This document shows positions 9,321-18,962 of a stretch of 64,000 bases of DNA, in pieces. Below the pieces are notes generated by a model. The model searched no databases, was not told the DNA's origin, and saw only the letters and a program-made list of their open reading frames with translations. The first letter of the stretch is position 1. Each line of letters opens with the position of its first letter. Position numbers and translations under genes: made by a program. The DNA is from Promethearchaeota archaeon. Its GTDB lineage: Archaea > Asgardarchaeota > Lokiarchaeia > Sigyniarchaeales > SOKP01. The DNA lies in NCBI GenBank assembly GCA_019894975.1, contig JAGXNO010000004.1:61721-125720 (forward strand), in the 5' to 3' direction.

Positions 9321-10308
9321 ATGACAGTAATAATCCAAAAAAGAGCTTACTTAACAATCGTAGCCGCATCAGTGAGATTTGCTAATGTCCGCATACCTAA
9401 AGATGATTGGTTAGAAGTGAGTGGTATTTTTACAGGTCGAAATGAAGGAAATGATGTTTTGGTTTCTAAAGCTTATCCCATTATGCATCAAGAACTAGAT
9501 AAAGATGCTGTTATCGATCAATACAAATGGTCAGATGAAGACTATGAATCACTTTATGTTATTGATGATGAAGCTTTTTCAAGAGATCCTCCTGAATTTG
9601 TTGTTGGTTGGTGGCACTCACATCCTGGTTTTATTTGAACTGGACTTACCAGACTTCAACTAAAAGGTTATGATGTCACATATCGATATTCGAACCACTC
9701 TCTCTTATCAGCAAAATAATCCTTTAGCAATTTCACTTGTATTTAATCCTCAAAGATTAATAAGACAAATTGAAGTTGCTGATAAAAAGGGAGACCCTGA
9801 TAAACAATTAAAAAATGATCCTGGGTTTAAAATTTTCCGATTAGATGATGTTAATAGTGGAACAGAAGCCTCTTATCATACTGCTGACTTTAAAATTGAA
9901 GAATATGAAAGCATGGAGCAGTTATTAAGGCTTACCCAAAAATTCATTGTTGATATAACTAATTTATTCCCAAAAGAGAAAGTTCCGCAAACTTATGAAA
10001 AAGTTGTGGATGAACGAATAGAACAATTAAACTCATTACTATTAGGTACTGAAGAATATTTAACAACATTAACCCGTCGTGGTGAAAAACATCGGATTCC
10101 CGAGGTACTAGAAAATCAAAATCAAGAAATTAACAGATTTATTGAAGAAACAAATAAGAAGATAGAGTTTATAAGAGAATTTATTGGATATTTAGAATTT
10201 AAAGAAAGAGACACTATAGTTCCTCAAGTGGAAAAGAATTTATCAAAGTGGGACGAGACTACGAAGGGTTTAGGAAAAAAGCTGAAAGATCTTTCCAAAA
10301 AGTTTTAA
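9321..10308 (+). CDS. MPN+/JAMM protease plus helical C-terminus; join(9321..9632,9664..10308), 318 aa after splicing
   Basis: ORFs 9321-9638 and 9670-10308 fuse after removing 9633-9663, giving GWWHSHPGF/KVMMSHID with exact HxH-x7-SxxD spacing. Confidence 0.85.
9633..9663 (+). other. Putative 31-nt BHB/BHL-type intron in mRNA
   Basis: Exon stem CCT/AGG; 4-bp helix GGTT(9627-30)/AACT(9658-61); 3-nt 3' bulge AA^A; 5' site TT^A; internal hairpin GAA-CTGG..CCAG-AC-TTC. Confidence 0.8.
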
Positions 10309-10445
10309 CCACTTTACAATCAAAAATATTTTTCATCTTATTTTTAATTTTGATAAATTTTTATTTGATTAAGCGTTAATTTGATTAAGAAAACTACGAG
10401 TCAAAATAATCGCTCTCTAGAGAAATAAAGATTGTATCTTCTATT

Positions 10446-12650
10446 ATGAAAAAACTTAATTTTCCATTCACAGCAATTCTCGGACAAGACAAGATGAAAA
10501 TGGGTTTAATTCTTAACCTAATTGATCCTTTAATTGGGGGAATCTTGATGACAGGTCAACAGGGTACAGGAAAAAGCACTGCTGTTAGAAGTCTCGTGGA
10601 ATTAATGCCCCAAATCGAAGTTATTAAAGGCTGCGATTTTTCTTGTGATCCTTATTCAGATGTAGATGATGTATGTGAAAACTGCAAAGAAAAAATCGAA
10701 AATAAAAATGTCGAAACGGAATTTAGAGACATGTGGTTGGTAAATCTACCTTTAGGGGTAACTGAGGACATGGTATGTGGCTCATTATCTATCGACAAGG
10801 TACTTACAGAGGGAATAAGAGCTTTACATCCTGGACTACTTGCTAAAGCAAATCGAGGAATTTTATATGTAGATGAAATTAATTTACTTCAGGATCATAT
10901 TGTTGATGTATTATTGGATTCTGCTGCTTCTGGTGTTAATATAATAGAAAGAGAGGGTATTTCAGTCTATCATCCCTCCAGATTCGTTCTTGTAGGAAGC
11001 ATGAATCCTGAAGAAGGAGACCTAAGACCACAAATTGCCGATCGTTTGGGTTTAGAGGTTCGGATCAAAGCCCCAAGAGATAATGAATTACGCGCTGAGA
11101 TAACCAAAAGAGTTATTAGTTTTGATGATAATCCAAAGGAATATATTAAACAATTTGAAAGTGACCAGGAAACACTCAGGAAGAAAATCATAAATGCTCG
11201 TAAGCTCGTAAAAGAAGTGCAAATACCTGGTTCAATATATGAATTTGTATCTAAAATCGTGAGTGAATTAGAAATATTCTCTCAAAGAGCAGATATTACT
11301 TTTATTCGATGTGCAAGAGCTAACGCTGCTTTAAATGCTAGGAAATTGATAACTAATGAAGATTTGACAGTAGCAATGGATTTGGTCTTTGAACACAGAA
11401 TTCAATCACTTCAATACGAAATGACTCCTGAAGAGATTAAATCTAAGATTGCAGAAGTTTATGGAAAAATTAAAGAAGCTTATGAAGATACGAATGTTCT
11501 TCAACCTAATCGAGAAACCGAGGGACCATTAAAACATGATGATGGGGAACAAAAAGAGTTTAAACGCCAATCTGTCGATCCTAATAAAGTAGATATCCCA
11601 GAATCAAGAGAACAGAAGCTCCCTCCGCCCAAATATCCTGATGATAAGAAGAGAAATCCTAAACCTGCTGGAGGTTGGAAAGTTAAAAATATTCCATATG
11701 ATGAAGATCTTCGATTTTTTGAAGCTAAAAATTCATCTCTACCATTTATATATCAAATGGAAAAAAAGATGACTTCCATCCTAGACAATATAAGAAAGGA
11801 TCGAAAGATTTCTGATTATGGAGGTAGAGGAATAGGTAGAAGAATTAAGATATCTTCATCTCAAAAAGGCAGATATGTATCATACAGATCACCTATGAGT
11901 GAACAGCCAAAACGGATTGCGTTAGATGCAACAATTAGGAATTATCTAAAAAATATAGCCTATAATGAAACTGATATAGATTTTCCAATACATTTTAACA
12001 AATATGATTTAATGGATAAGATTTATGAATACCGTGCTCCTTTAGCTCTTTTTTTTGTACTAGATAGTTCTGCATCCATGTATCATGTAATTAGACAAAT
12101 GACTGATGTAATATTAAGTCTGCATCGAGAAGGATATAGAAAAAGAGATAAAATATCTCTAATAATTTTTCGCGGTAAACAAGCTGTAGTTCTTCAGAAT
12201 CCCACTGTTAACTTTCAGATGGCGGTTAATAAATTGAAAAAGATCGAAGGTAAATCATACACACCCATGGCTGCAGCCCTTAAAAAGGTTTCAGATCTTA
12301 TCAAAATTGAAAAATTAAAGGATAGGAACATTATCCCAATTGTATTTGTATGTAGTGATTGTGGTGCTAATATTTCGGTCAAACATCCCGGTTTAATAGC
12401 TCAAGTTGAAACTGATTATATGTTAATTACAGAAGAACTGAAAGATTTAACAAAGAAATTATCAAAACAAAAAATACATATGGTGGTGCTGGAACCAAAA
12501 AAATCTTATGCTACTCAAGCTCTGGGGGTTCATACTTATTCCGCAGATAAAATTAAAAAGAATTTTAAAAAATATGCTGCTGCTCAGGTATATAAATTTA
12601 ACAAATACAATCCCAATTCATTAATTTTGGAATTGAAAAAAATTCTTTAG
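10446..12650 (+). CDS. Mg/Co-chelatase ChlI/ChlD-like AAA+ ATPase with C-terminal VWA domain
   Basis: Walker A GQQGTGKS, LYVDEINLL, SMNPEEG, Pro-rich linker, MIDAS DSSAS. Confidence 0.88.
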   Translation: MKKLNFPFTAILGQDKMKMGLILNLIDPLIGGILMTGQQGTGKSTAVRSLVELMPQIEVIKGCDFSCDPYSDVDDVCENCKEKIENKNVETEFRDMWLVNLPLGVTEDMVCGSLSIDKVLTEGIRALHPGLLAKANRGILYVDEINLLQDHIVDVLLDSAASGVNIIEREGISVYHPSRFVLVGSMNPEEGDLRPQIADRLGLEVRIKAPRDNELRAEITKRVISFDDNPKEYIKQFESDQETLRKKIINARKLVKEVQIPGSIYEFVSKIVSELEIFSQRADITFIRCARANAALNARKLITNEDLTVAMDLVFEHRIQSLQYEMTPEEIKSKIAEVYGKIKEAYEDTNVLQPNRETEGPLKHDDGEQKEFKRQSVDPNKVDIPESREQKLPPPKYPDDKKRNPKPAGGWKVKNIPYDEDLRFFEAKNSSLPFIYQMEKKMTSILDNIRKDRKISDYGGRGIGRRIKISSSQKGRYVSYRSPMSEQPKRIALDATIRNYLKNIAYNETDIDFPIHFNKYDLMDKIYEYRAPLALFFVLDSSASMYHVIRQMTDVILSLHREGYRKRDKISLIIFRGKQAVVLQNPTVNFQMAVNKLKKIEGKSYTPMAAALKKVSDLIKIEKLKDRNIIPIVFVCSDCGANISVKHPGLIAQVETDYMLITEELKDLTKKLSKQKIHMVVLEPKKSYATQALGVHTYSADKIKKNFKKYAAAQVYKFNKYNPNSLILELKKIL

Positions 12651-12735
12651 TTGTTAAAATATTTAATACACTTCAACAAAAGGTATAAAGGATTTCCTAG
12701 AAACTTCTTAAATTTTCTATTCTTAATGAAAATAG

Positions 12736-13983
12736 ATGGTAGATAAGACGAATTCTATTCTTGTAGTAGGCTTCAATACAAGACCGTTAGCTTATTCTTT
12801 GAATAAAGCAGGATATGAAATATATGCTGTAGATTTTTTTGGTGATTTGGATCTTTATCCAAGTGTGAAAGATAGTCTAATCTTGACTAAAGAGTTAGCA
12901 ACTAATTACGATTCAATTAAAAACAAATATGCTAAGCTATTTCCTGATTTTACAATAAAAATGTTGGAAAAGTATCCAGAAATAGATTATTTGATAATTG
13001 GAAGTGGATTAGATGATGCTTACAAAGAACGAGAAGATATTTTAAACGAAATACACAATGAGAAATATAAAATTATAAGTTTGAATAATGATGTAAAAAC
13101 AATCAAAAGAGCTCGTGATATTGAATTTATTTTCAAAAGGTTAAAAGCTCACGAATTTCGTGTCCCCTTTACCATATCTTATGATGGTTTAGAAAATTAT
13201 AGCAATAATCTTAGATTTCCATGTGTCCTCAAGAAAAAGAGGAGTGCTGGGGGAATAAATATTTTCAATATCAAAAATCCTGAGGAATTTTCGGCCATAA
13301 TTAAAAATTTAAAACTTAGGCAGTTTAATCCTTTAGACTGGGCGATTCAAGAATATATTAAAGGAATTCCTATTAGTTGTACAACTATATCAAATGGTAA
13401 AGAATGTGAAGTTATTTCGATAAATCAACAAATTATTGGGGAACAATTTTTAAATTCCCCAAAAGAGTTTATGTATTGTGGGAATATTGTACCTGCGGAT
13501 CTACAGGAAAGTGATGAACAACAAATATCCAAATTATCTATAATGCTATCAATTGAATTAGGTTTAAAAGGAATAAACGGGTTTGATTTTGTTTTGAAAG
13601 ACCATCGCCCATTTCTAATGGAAATAAATCCAAGAATCCCCGGGTCGATTAGAGCATCTGAAACAAGTTTAGGTTTGAATCTAATGGATTTACACATAAA
13701 AAGTTTTGCCCAAAATAAATGGGATAAAATTAAAAGTCAACTTAAATCATCAAAATTTAACTGCTATTCAACGAAATTTATATTTTTTGCCCCTAAGGAA
13801 ATCTATAAAACCCAAATTGTAAAAATAAATAACCTTGAAGGTATACATGATAAAACTGAACCAATAAGGAGTATATTAAAGGGGGAGCCTGTATGTACCA
13901 TTTTAGTTAAGAATAAAGTAAAATCGGAATCTTATAATAAAGCTTTAGAGATTGTCTCTAAAATCAATGAAATTATTGAATAA
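12736..13983 (+). CDS. ATP-grasp domain protein (archaeal C1/pterin-linked family)
   Basis: N-terminal VDFFGDLD, QEYIKG, GINGFDF, MEINPRIPGS. Confidence 0.8.
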   Translation: MVDKTNSILVVGFNTRPLAYSLNKAGYEIYAVDFFGDLDLYPSVKDSLILTKELATNYDSIKNKYAKLFPDFTIKMLEKYPEIDYLIIGSGLDDAYKEREDILNEIHNEKYKIISLNNDVKTIKRARDIEFIFKRLKAHEFRVPFTISYDGLENYSNNLRFPCVLKKKRSAGGINIFNIKNPEEFSAIIKNLKLRQFNPLDWAIQEYIKGIPISCTTISNGKECEVISINQQIIGEQFLNSPKEFMYCGNIVPADLQESDEQQISKLSIMLSIELGLKGINGFDFVLKDHRPFLMEINPRIPGSIRASETSLGLNLMDLHIKSFAQNKWDKIKSQLKSSKFNCYSTKFIFFAPKEIYKTQIVKINNLEGIHDKTEPIRSILKGEPVCTILVKNKVKSESYNKALEIVSKINEIIE

Positions 13984-14710
13984 TTGCTTTAATTTTGGCG
14001 ATAATTTGGTTTAATTTCCTCTCATCCGCTTCTGGAACTGCTAATGCAAGAATACGATTCTCATCCAAATCGTGAATAATGACAGATCCGTTATCCCCGC
14101 CGATTATAGAATACTCCATTCCACTTTCTAATAAAACACCTGATAAATTATATAGCGCTGCAACCATGGCTGATAGAATCGGTTCGGGCATAGTTGATTG
14201 AATTTTTATTGGTAAACCATCTTTTGTAATTATCGCTAGTACAAGGGTGTTAGGTATTGCTCTTTTCAATCCTTTGAATATCTCCTCTTTAAGGATATCA
14301 GAAGTCTCGATTATTGCCGAAATTTGTAAAGCTAATTTTTGTAATCTATTTATATGTGAATCCAATCCTTCAAGTTCTGCTAATTCTCGATTCAAATAAG
14401 TTATCATCGTAATATTTCCTGTGAGAATCGATAAGACAATTCGATCTTTCCCCGTAATTAAATTATATGCTACATCTTGGTTTAAGGAATCTTTTAACAT
14501 TTTAGACGAAAGGAATACTAAACTACTATTAGCTGCTGTAATCTCCCCCATTGTCATTTTAATCGACTTTTTAAACATATTTGCAATTTTAGTGCCTTCA
14601 GGAGTTCCAACATTAATTCCTAATAAAGCAGACGTTGATTCGAGTTCCTTTTCGAGGATATTAGATATATCCGATTCTAATTCCTCAAGAATCTTATCTT
14701 GTTCTTCCAT
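13973..14710 (-). CDS. Tandem Roadblock/LC7 domain protein
   Basis: Two repeats with GTPEGTKIA and ITKDGLPI..ILSAMVAAL roadblock patterns. Confidence 0.75.
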   Translation of the reverse strand: MEEQDKILEELESDISNILEKELESTSALLGINVGTPEGTKIANMFKKSIKMTMGEITAANSSLVFLSSKMLKDSLNQDVAYNLITGKDRIVLSILTGNITMITYLNRELAELEGLDSHINRLQKLALQISAIIETSDILKEEIFKGLKRAIPNTLVLAIITKDGLPIKIQSTMPEPILSAMVAALYNLSGVLLESGMEYSIIGGDNGSVIIHDLDENRILALAVPEADERKLNQIIAKIKAIIQ

Positions 14711-14772
14711 GAATCTATATTGTATATCTGAACATAAAAAGATAGTCTAATAATTCAGTAATAATAATAAAA

Positions 14773-15894
14773 TTGTATATGGAAATAAAATCTAATATTT
14801 ATATCATAATATTAGCTGCGGGGATAGCCACCAGATTAAAACCCCTCTCTGAAAAGATCCCAAAACCATTAATAGCTATTAGTGGTAAAACCCTTATATT
14901 CCGGATTATCTCGAATTTTAAAGAAGCAGGATTTAATAAATTCTGTATTGTTCTAGGTTATAAAAATGGGTTGGTTAAAAAGGAAATTTTAAAGATTAAA
15001 GATATTGAGGCGGATTTTATCGTTCAAAAAGAACCTACTGGTATGGCTGATGCTATTGCCTTCGCTATTAATTCCATCTTACTAAACCATAATGATGCCT
15101 CAAAATTCTTTATTACTGCAGCAGATATTATTTTCTCTAAAGAAGAGCTCTTGAAAATGTTTGAACTTCATAAAAAAGCTGATATTGTTTTAAGTTTGAT
15201 GAAATCTAATGATCTTGAGATTGCTAAAAGTCATGCAAATGTTAAAATATCAAAAGATTCAGGCTTAAGTAAAGATATCGATGAAAATCAAGGTTTAAGC
15301 TTAATCGATATAATTGAGAAACCGAAACCACAGGAGATTATGAGTGATTATTATTCATTGCCATTATATCTAACTAATCTGGAAATCTTGAGATATTTTA
15401 AGAATTTAGAAATATCTGAGCGTGGGGAAAGAGAATTTCAAGATGTTCTAAAAAATGCAATGCAAAATCATCTAGATATTCGAGGTATAAGAATTCTAAC
15501 TCCATTAATTACCGCAGAGAATATAGGGGAATTTCATTTAACCTGCTTACAAGATATAATTAGAATGAATAAAAGATTTTTAGTTGAAATTAAGAAGAAC
15601 TCGTTTAAAGGAAAAAAACCAAACATTATTGAACCATTAAGATTCGGAAACGATGTTAAAATCGGAGATAAATTGAAATTAGGCCCGTATGTTATTATTG
15701 GTGATTCATCCACTATAGGGGATTTTTCTGAGTTGTCCAATACAATTCTATTTAACAAGGTAAATTTAGGAAAATTCTGTGCATTAGAATGGTGTATTAT
15801 TGATGAGGGTGTATCTCTACCAGATAACTATTGTGCAAAAAATTGTTTTATCACGCGAGATAACAAAAATGATTTAGAAATCATAAATTTTTAA
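14773..15894 (+). CDS. Sugar-phosphate nucleotidyltransferase with C-terminal left-handed beta-helix
   Basis: ILAAGIATRLKPLSEKIPKPL, EKP, SERGERE, hexapeptide repeats. Confidence 0.85.
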   Translation: MYMEIKSNIYIIILAAGIATRLKPLSEKIPKPLIAISGKTLIFRIISNFKEAGFNKFCIVLGYKNGLVKKEILKIKDIEADFIVQKEPTGMADAIAFAINSILLNHNDASKFFITAADIIFSKEELLKMFELHKKADIVLSLMKSNDLEIAKSHANVKISKDSGLSKDIDENQGLSLIDIIEKPKPQEIMSDYYSLPLYLTNLEILRYFKNLEISERGEREFQDVLKNAMQNHLDIRGIRILTPLITAENIGEFHLTCLQDIIRMNKRFLVEIKKNSFKGKKPNIIEPLRFGNDVKIGDKLKLGPYVIIGDSSTIGDFSELSNTILFNKVNLGKFCALEWCIIDEGVSLPDNYCAKNCFITRDNKNDLEIINF

Positions 15895-15945
15895 ACTTTA
15901 CTTGGTATAGTAAATATTATAAATAGGAATTATTGTGATTTTGGT

Positions 15946-16758
15946 ATGGATGAGTATGAACGAATTAATGAATTGAAGAAGCTCTTAGAGACAAAAGAAA
16001 GGCTACTTCGTTTAAAAGACGAACAGGTACAAACTCTGGAAAATTCTTTAAAGTGGAAAGATGAGCAAATAAAAACACTGGAAAGTTCGCTAAGGATAAA
16101 AGATGAAAAGGCCAGCACACTAGAAAAAACAATTGAATTAAAAGAGGATGATATTAGGAAATTAACAGCAACTTCAATAAATAAAGATACTCTAAATGAA
16201 AAAGACGAGAAAATTTATCAGCTAGAAAAAGAATTAGAAATCCTTAACGATGAGTTAGCTAAAGCAGATGAAGATTTAGAAAGTTTAGAGCTTGAAAATG
16301 AGAAATTAAGAAAAGAGGAATCAAGTTCAACCGATAAAATTATCGATTTTACTAACGTAAAAATCACTAAAACCGAAATTCTTGAAAAGATGAGAGAAAT
16401 GCTTCCAAACGCTATCTCTAATGTAACCATTGTCGTCCCAGGAATAGAAGATTTGCAAGACCTGTACTTATATGAGGTTAGATCTTCTGTCGCTATGAAT
16501 ATCTGCTGCTCAATTAATCTTGAAAATGATGAACATTCTGAGCTCCATCAAGAATTCGAATCTTTAGATAATATTACAATCAAAAATTATGAACAAAAGG
16601 ATAGGATAGGTATTGTTAGAGATGCAGAAGAATTACTTATTGGAGTTATAGGTTCTTCAGAAACGAATCATTTAGTATCGCATACAAAAGATCCCAAGCA
16701 TATTCGATTGTTAAATTCATTGATAACCGAAGCTTGGATACGAAGCAGGAAAGTATAG
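15946..16758 (+). CDS. Coiled-coil protein with C-terminal TrmB/PLD-like domain
   Basis: 14-aa repeats (LKDEQVQTLENSLK/WKDEQIKTLESSLR); C-terminal alpha/beta domain resembling that of 50264-52204. Confidence 0.55.
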   Translation: MDEYERINELKKLLETKERLLRLKDEQVQTLENSLKWKDEQIKTLESSLRIKDEKASTLEKTIELKEDDIRKLTATSINKDTLNEKDEKIYQLEKELEILNDELAKADEDLESLELENEKLRKEESSSTDKIIDFTNVKITKTEILEKMREMLPNAISNVTIVVPGIEDLQDLYLYEVRSSVAMNICCSINLENDEHSELHQEFESLDNITIKNYEQKDRIGIVRDAEELLIGVIGSSETNHLVSHTKDPKHIRLLNSLITEAWIRSRKV

Positions 16759-16784
16759 AACTGCACATGTAAAATATTTTGAAA

Positions 16785-17507
16785 TTAAAAGAAAGGACAT
16801 TTCCCTTTCTCACATTTATCATTTATTTCTGAGAAATTACATTTATTATGCTCATAATTCATTTCAATGTTAAATTTCTCTTTTAAAAAGTCGAGTGTTT
16901 CACATATTGCTAATTTAACTGATCGTTTGCAACAATGCTCCAAATTATCCGCTATTTTAGCTAATGATTTTGAGGTCATTTCATTTGCAAGTGACCTCTG
17001 TGTGTTTGTTGAAGGCGTTGCTCCTGTCATAATACTAACTGCTATCCCAAATCCCATGCCTGCTCCACAAGAATCATAAAACCCACACCATCCTCCTGGT
17101 ATTTTAGACGCCCTTCTAATCCCTTCTTTAATATCAAACGGGGTAATGTCATCGCCATTTACCTTTTTTATATCATTATTTTTAAGGGCGGTTAGAATCA
17201 CCGCGGGAGTCAATACATGGTGTTCGGGACCATAAACCTTAAATTTATGATGTTTCATTATCAAATCTGCTAATTTAAAAGGATCTTTGATATTTGTTTC
17301 TTCACAAATTCTTTCGATAATTTCAATTGGATTTTTAGAATGACAATTATCACAAATATAATGTCCTTTTTCGCAGTAAATATTAGTAGTGAAAGACTCT
17401 TCACAGAACATACAGGTTAAATTCCGATGATTTTTCGGATCTGTTGCATATACCAAATTCCCCCCGCAAAATTCACACTTATCACTCTTTTTCTCTTTCA
17501 TTTTCAA
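16785..17507 (-). CDS. Cys-rich DUF5714-like protein
   Basis: CEFCG, CMFC, CEKGHYICDNCH, GPEHH, GGWCGFYDSCGAG, CCKRS. Confidence 0.7.
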   Translation of the reverse strand: MKMKEKKSDKCEFCGGNLVYATDPKNHRNLTCMFCEESFTTNIYCEKGHYICDNCHSKNPIEIIERICEETNIKDPFKLADLIMKHHKFKVYGPEHHVLTPAVILTALKNNDIKKVNGDDITPFDIKEGIRRASKIPGGWCGFYDSCGAGMGFGIAVSIMTGATPSTNTQRSLANEMTSKSLAKIADNLEHCCKRSVKLAICETLDFLKEKFNIEMNYEHNKCNFSEINDKCEKGKCPFF

Positions 17508-17520
17508 TCATCCTTAATAT

Positions 17521-18372
17521 TTAAATTTCTATAAATGTCCTTTTTCTATTATGATAATGTGCTAATTCACTATATCCTATCCTTTTTAAGATTTCTATCA
17601 TCTTATCAAATTTCCACGCAATCTCTTCTGGCCTATGGGCATCTGATCCTAATAAAACAGGGATATCAAGAAAGAACATCTCCTTTATAATTTGTACACT
17701 CGGATATTGTTCTTTACAATCTTTCCTCAATCCCCCTGTATTAATTTCCATTGCTACACCTTTTTTCTTAATTTGCTCAAGGGTCCTCATCATTTCCTCA
17801 TATACTTTCTCTTTATCTGTTGGGATATCATTAAATTTCTTTGGTAAATCAAAATGGGAAATTATATCAAAATCGAATTTGTCTGAATTTACCATTTTTT
17901 GTATCGACTGGTAATAGAATAAGTACACCGCATCGACTCCATAATACTCATATTCTTTTCTGAATCGGGAATCATCAAATCCCCATGCTCCTCTCCCATT
18001 AAAAAAGTTTAATATATGTATTGAACCTAAAATAAAATCTAACCTTTTTTTAATGGGATTTAAGTGAGTATTTAAAGCTGATTCTTGGTTTTTAAAATAA
18101 TCTATTTCAAAACCAATTCTAACAGTGATATCTTGTTTATATTTCTCTTTCAATTCCTCAGAGGTTGTTAGATATTTTTCGATTTCAGGTAGTGCTATAG
18201 CATATTCTTCATAAGGAATTCTCTCAATATCATTTAGAAATTCATAAGGAAAATGATCACTGACTCCGATTGTTTTTAATTTGAATTCTATCGCAATCTT
18301 CACATATTCCTCAATTTTACCGACTGCATGTTTGCACCCTTGGTTGTGAGTGTGCCAGTCTCCATATGCCAT
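17521..18372 (-). CDS. Histidinol-phosphatase, PHP (HisJ/HisK) family
   Basis: DWHTH..CKHA, SDH, GSIH, SHFDLPKK, EINTGG, GSDAH. Confidence 0.85.
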   Translation of the reverse strand: MAYGDWHTHNQGCKHAVGKIEEYVKIAIEFKLKTIGVSDHFPYEFLNDIERIPYEEYAIALPEIEKYLTTSEELKEKYKQDITVRIGFEIDYFKNQESALNTHLNPIKKRLDFILGSIHILNFFNGRGAWGFDDSRFRKEYEYYGVDAVYLFYYQSIQKMVNSDKFDFDIISHFDLPKKFNDIPTDKEKVYEEMMRTLEQIKKKGVAMEINTGGLRKDCKEQYPSVQIIKEMFFLDIPVLLGSDAHRPEEIAWKFDKMIEILKRIGYSELAHYHNRKRTFIEI

Positions 18373-18473
18373 TGAATAAAGATAATAGTCAAATTAAGAT
18401 AAAAATAATTATTCTAGAAGATAAACTGTTTATATTTATAATGGAATATAAAATAATTTGAAGGTAATCCTAT

Positions 18474-18962
18474 ATGACGAAATATCATATGAGAAGAGTA
18501 GAAAAGGAAATATCAGAAGAAAATGACATAACAACCATATTAAAAGGTGGAAAGTACACAATCATCTCATTGTGCAAAAAAAATGAAGCATACTTAGTAA
18601 CTTTAAGTTATGGTTATGATCAAAATAAGAATGCTCTTTATTTCCATTGTGCTAATGAAGGTCAAAAAATTGATTATATTAAGTTTAATCCAAATGTATG
18701 TGGTACAGTTATTGAAGACAATGGTTATGATGATGGTTGTGGGCAAGCATATCGTTCAGTTGTATTTAGAGGGAAGATGAATCTTGTAGAAGATCTACAG
18801 GAAAAAAAACATGGTTTTGATATCTTAATAAATCAGCTAGAGAATGATCCTCAAGCAATCAAACTTAGATTTTTAAAAGAAGATAAGACGTATGAGGAGA
18901 CTGGAATGTTAAGACTTGATATAAGAGAGATTTCAGGTAAAGAAGAGAAAGTAGAATCCTAG
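18474..18962 (+). CDS. Pyridoxamine 5'-phosphate oxidase-like (NimA-type) FMN-binding protein
   Basis: MRRVEKEI, LYFHCANEGQK, YRSVVFRG, ISGK. Confidence 0.85.
   Translation: MTKYHMRRVEKEISEENDITTILKGGKYTIISLCKKNEAYLVTLSYGYDQNKNALYFHCANEGQKIDYIKFNPNVCGTVIEDNGYDDGCGQAYRSVVFRGKMNLVEDLQEKKHGFDILINQLENDPQAIKLRFLKEDKTYEETGMLRLDIREISGKEEKVES

Noticed and set aside
9636-9638. Selenocysteine or stop read-through at the TGA of the first MPN ORF
   Set aside because: The downstream half is in a different frame and preceded by TAA (9661-63); read-through cannot restore the JAMM spacing, whereas the 31-nt excision does.
15250-15315. Possible stop-free in-frame intron in the nucleotidyltransferase (apparent ~10-aa insertion, local inverted repeats)
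   Set aside because: No register gave a full 4-bp helix flanked by 3-nt bulges plus an exon stem.
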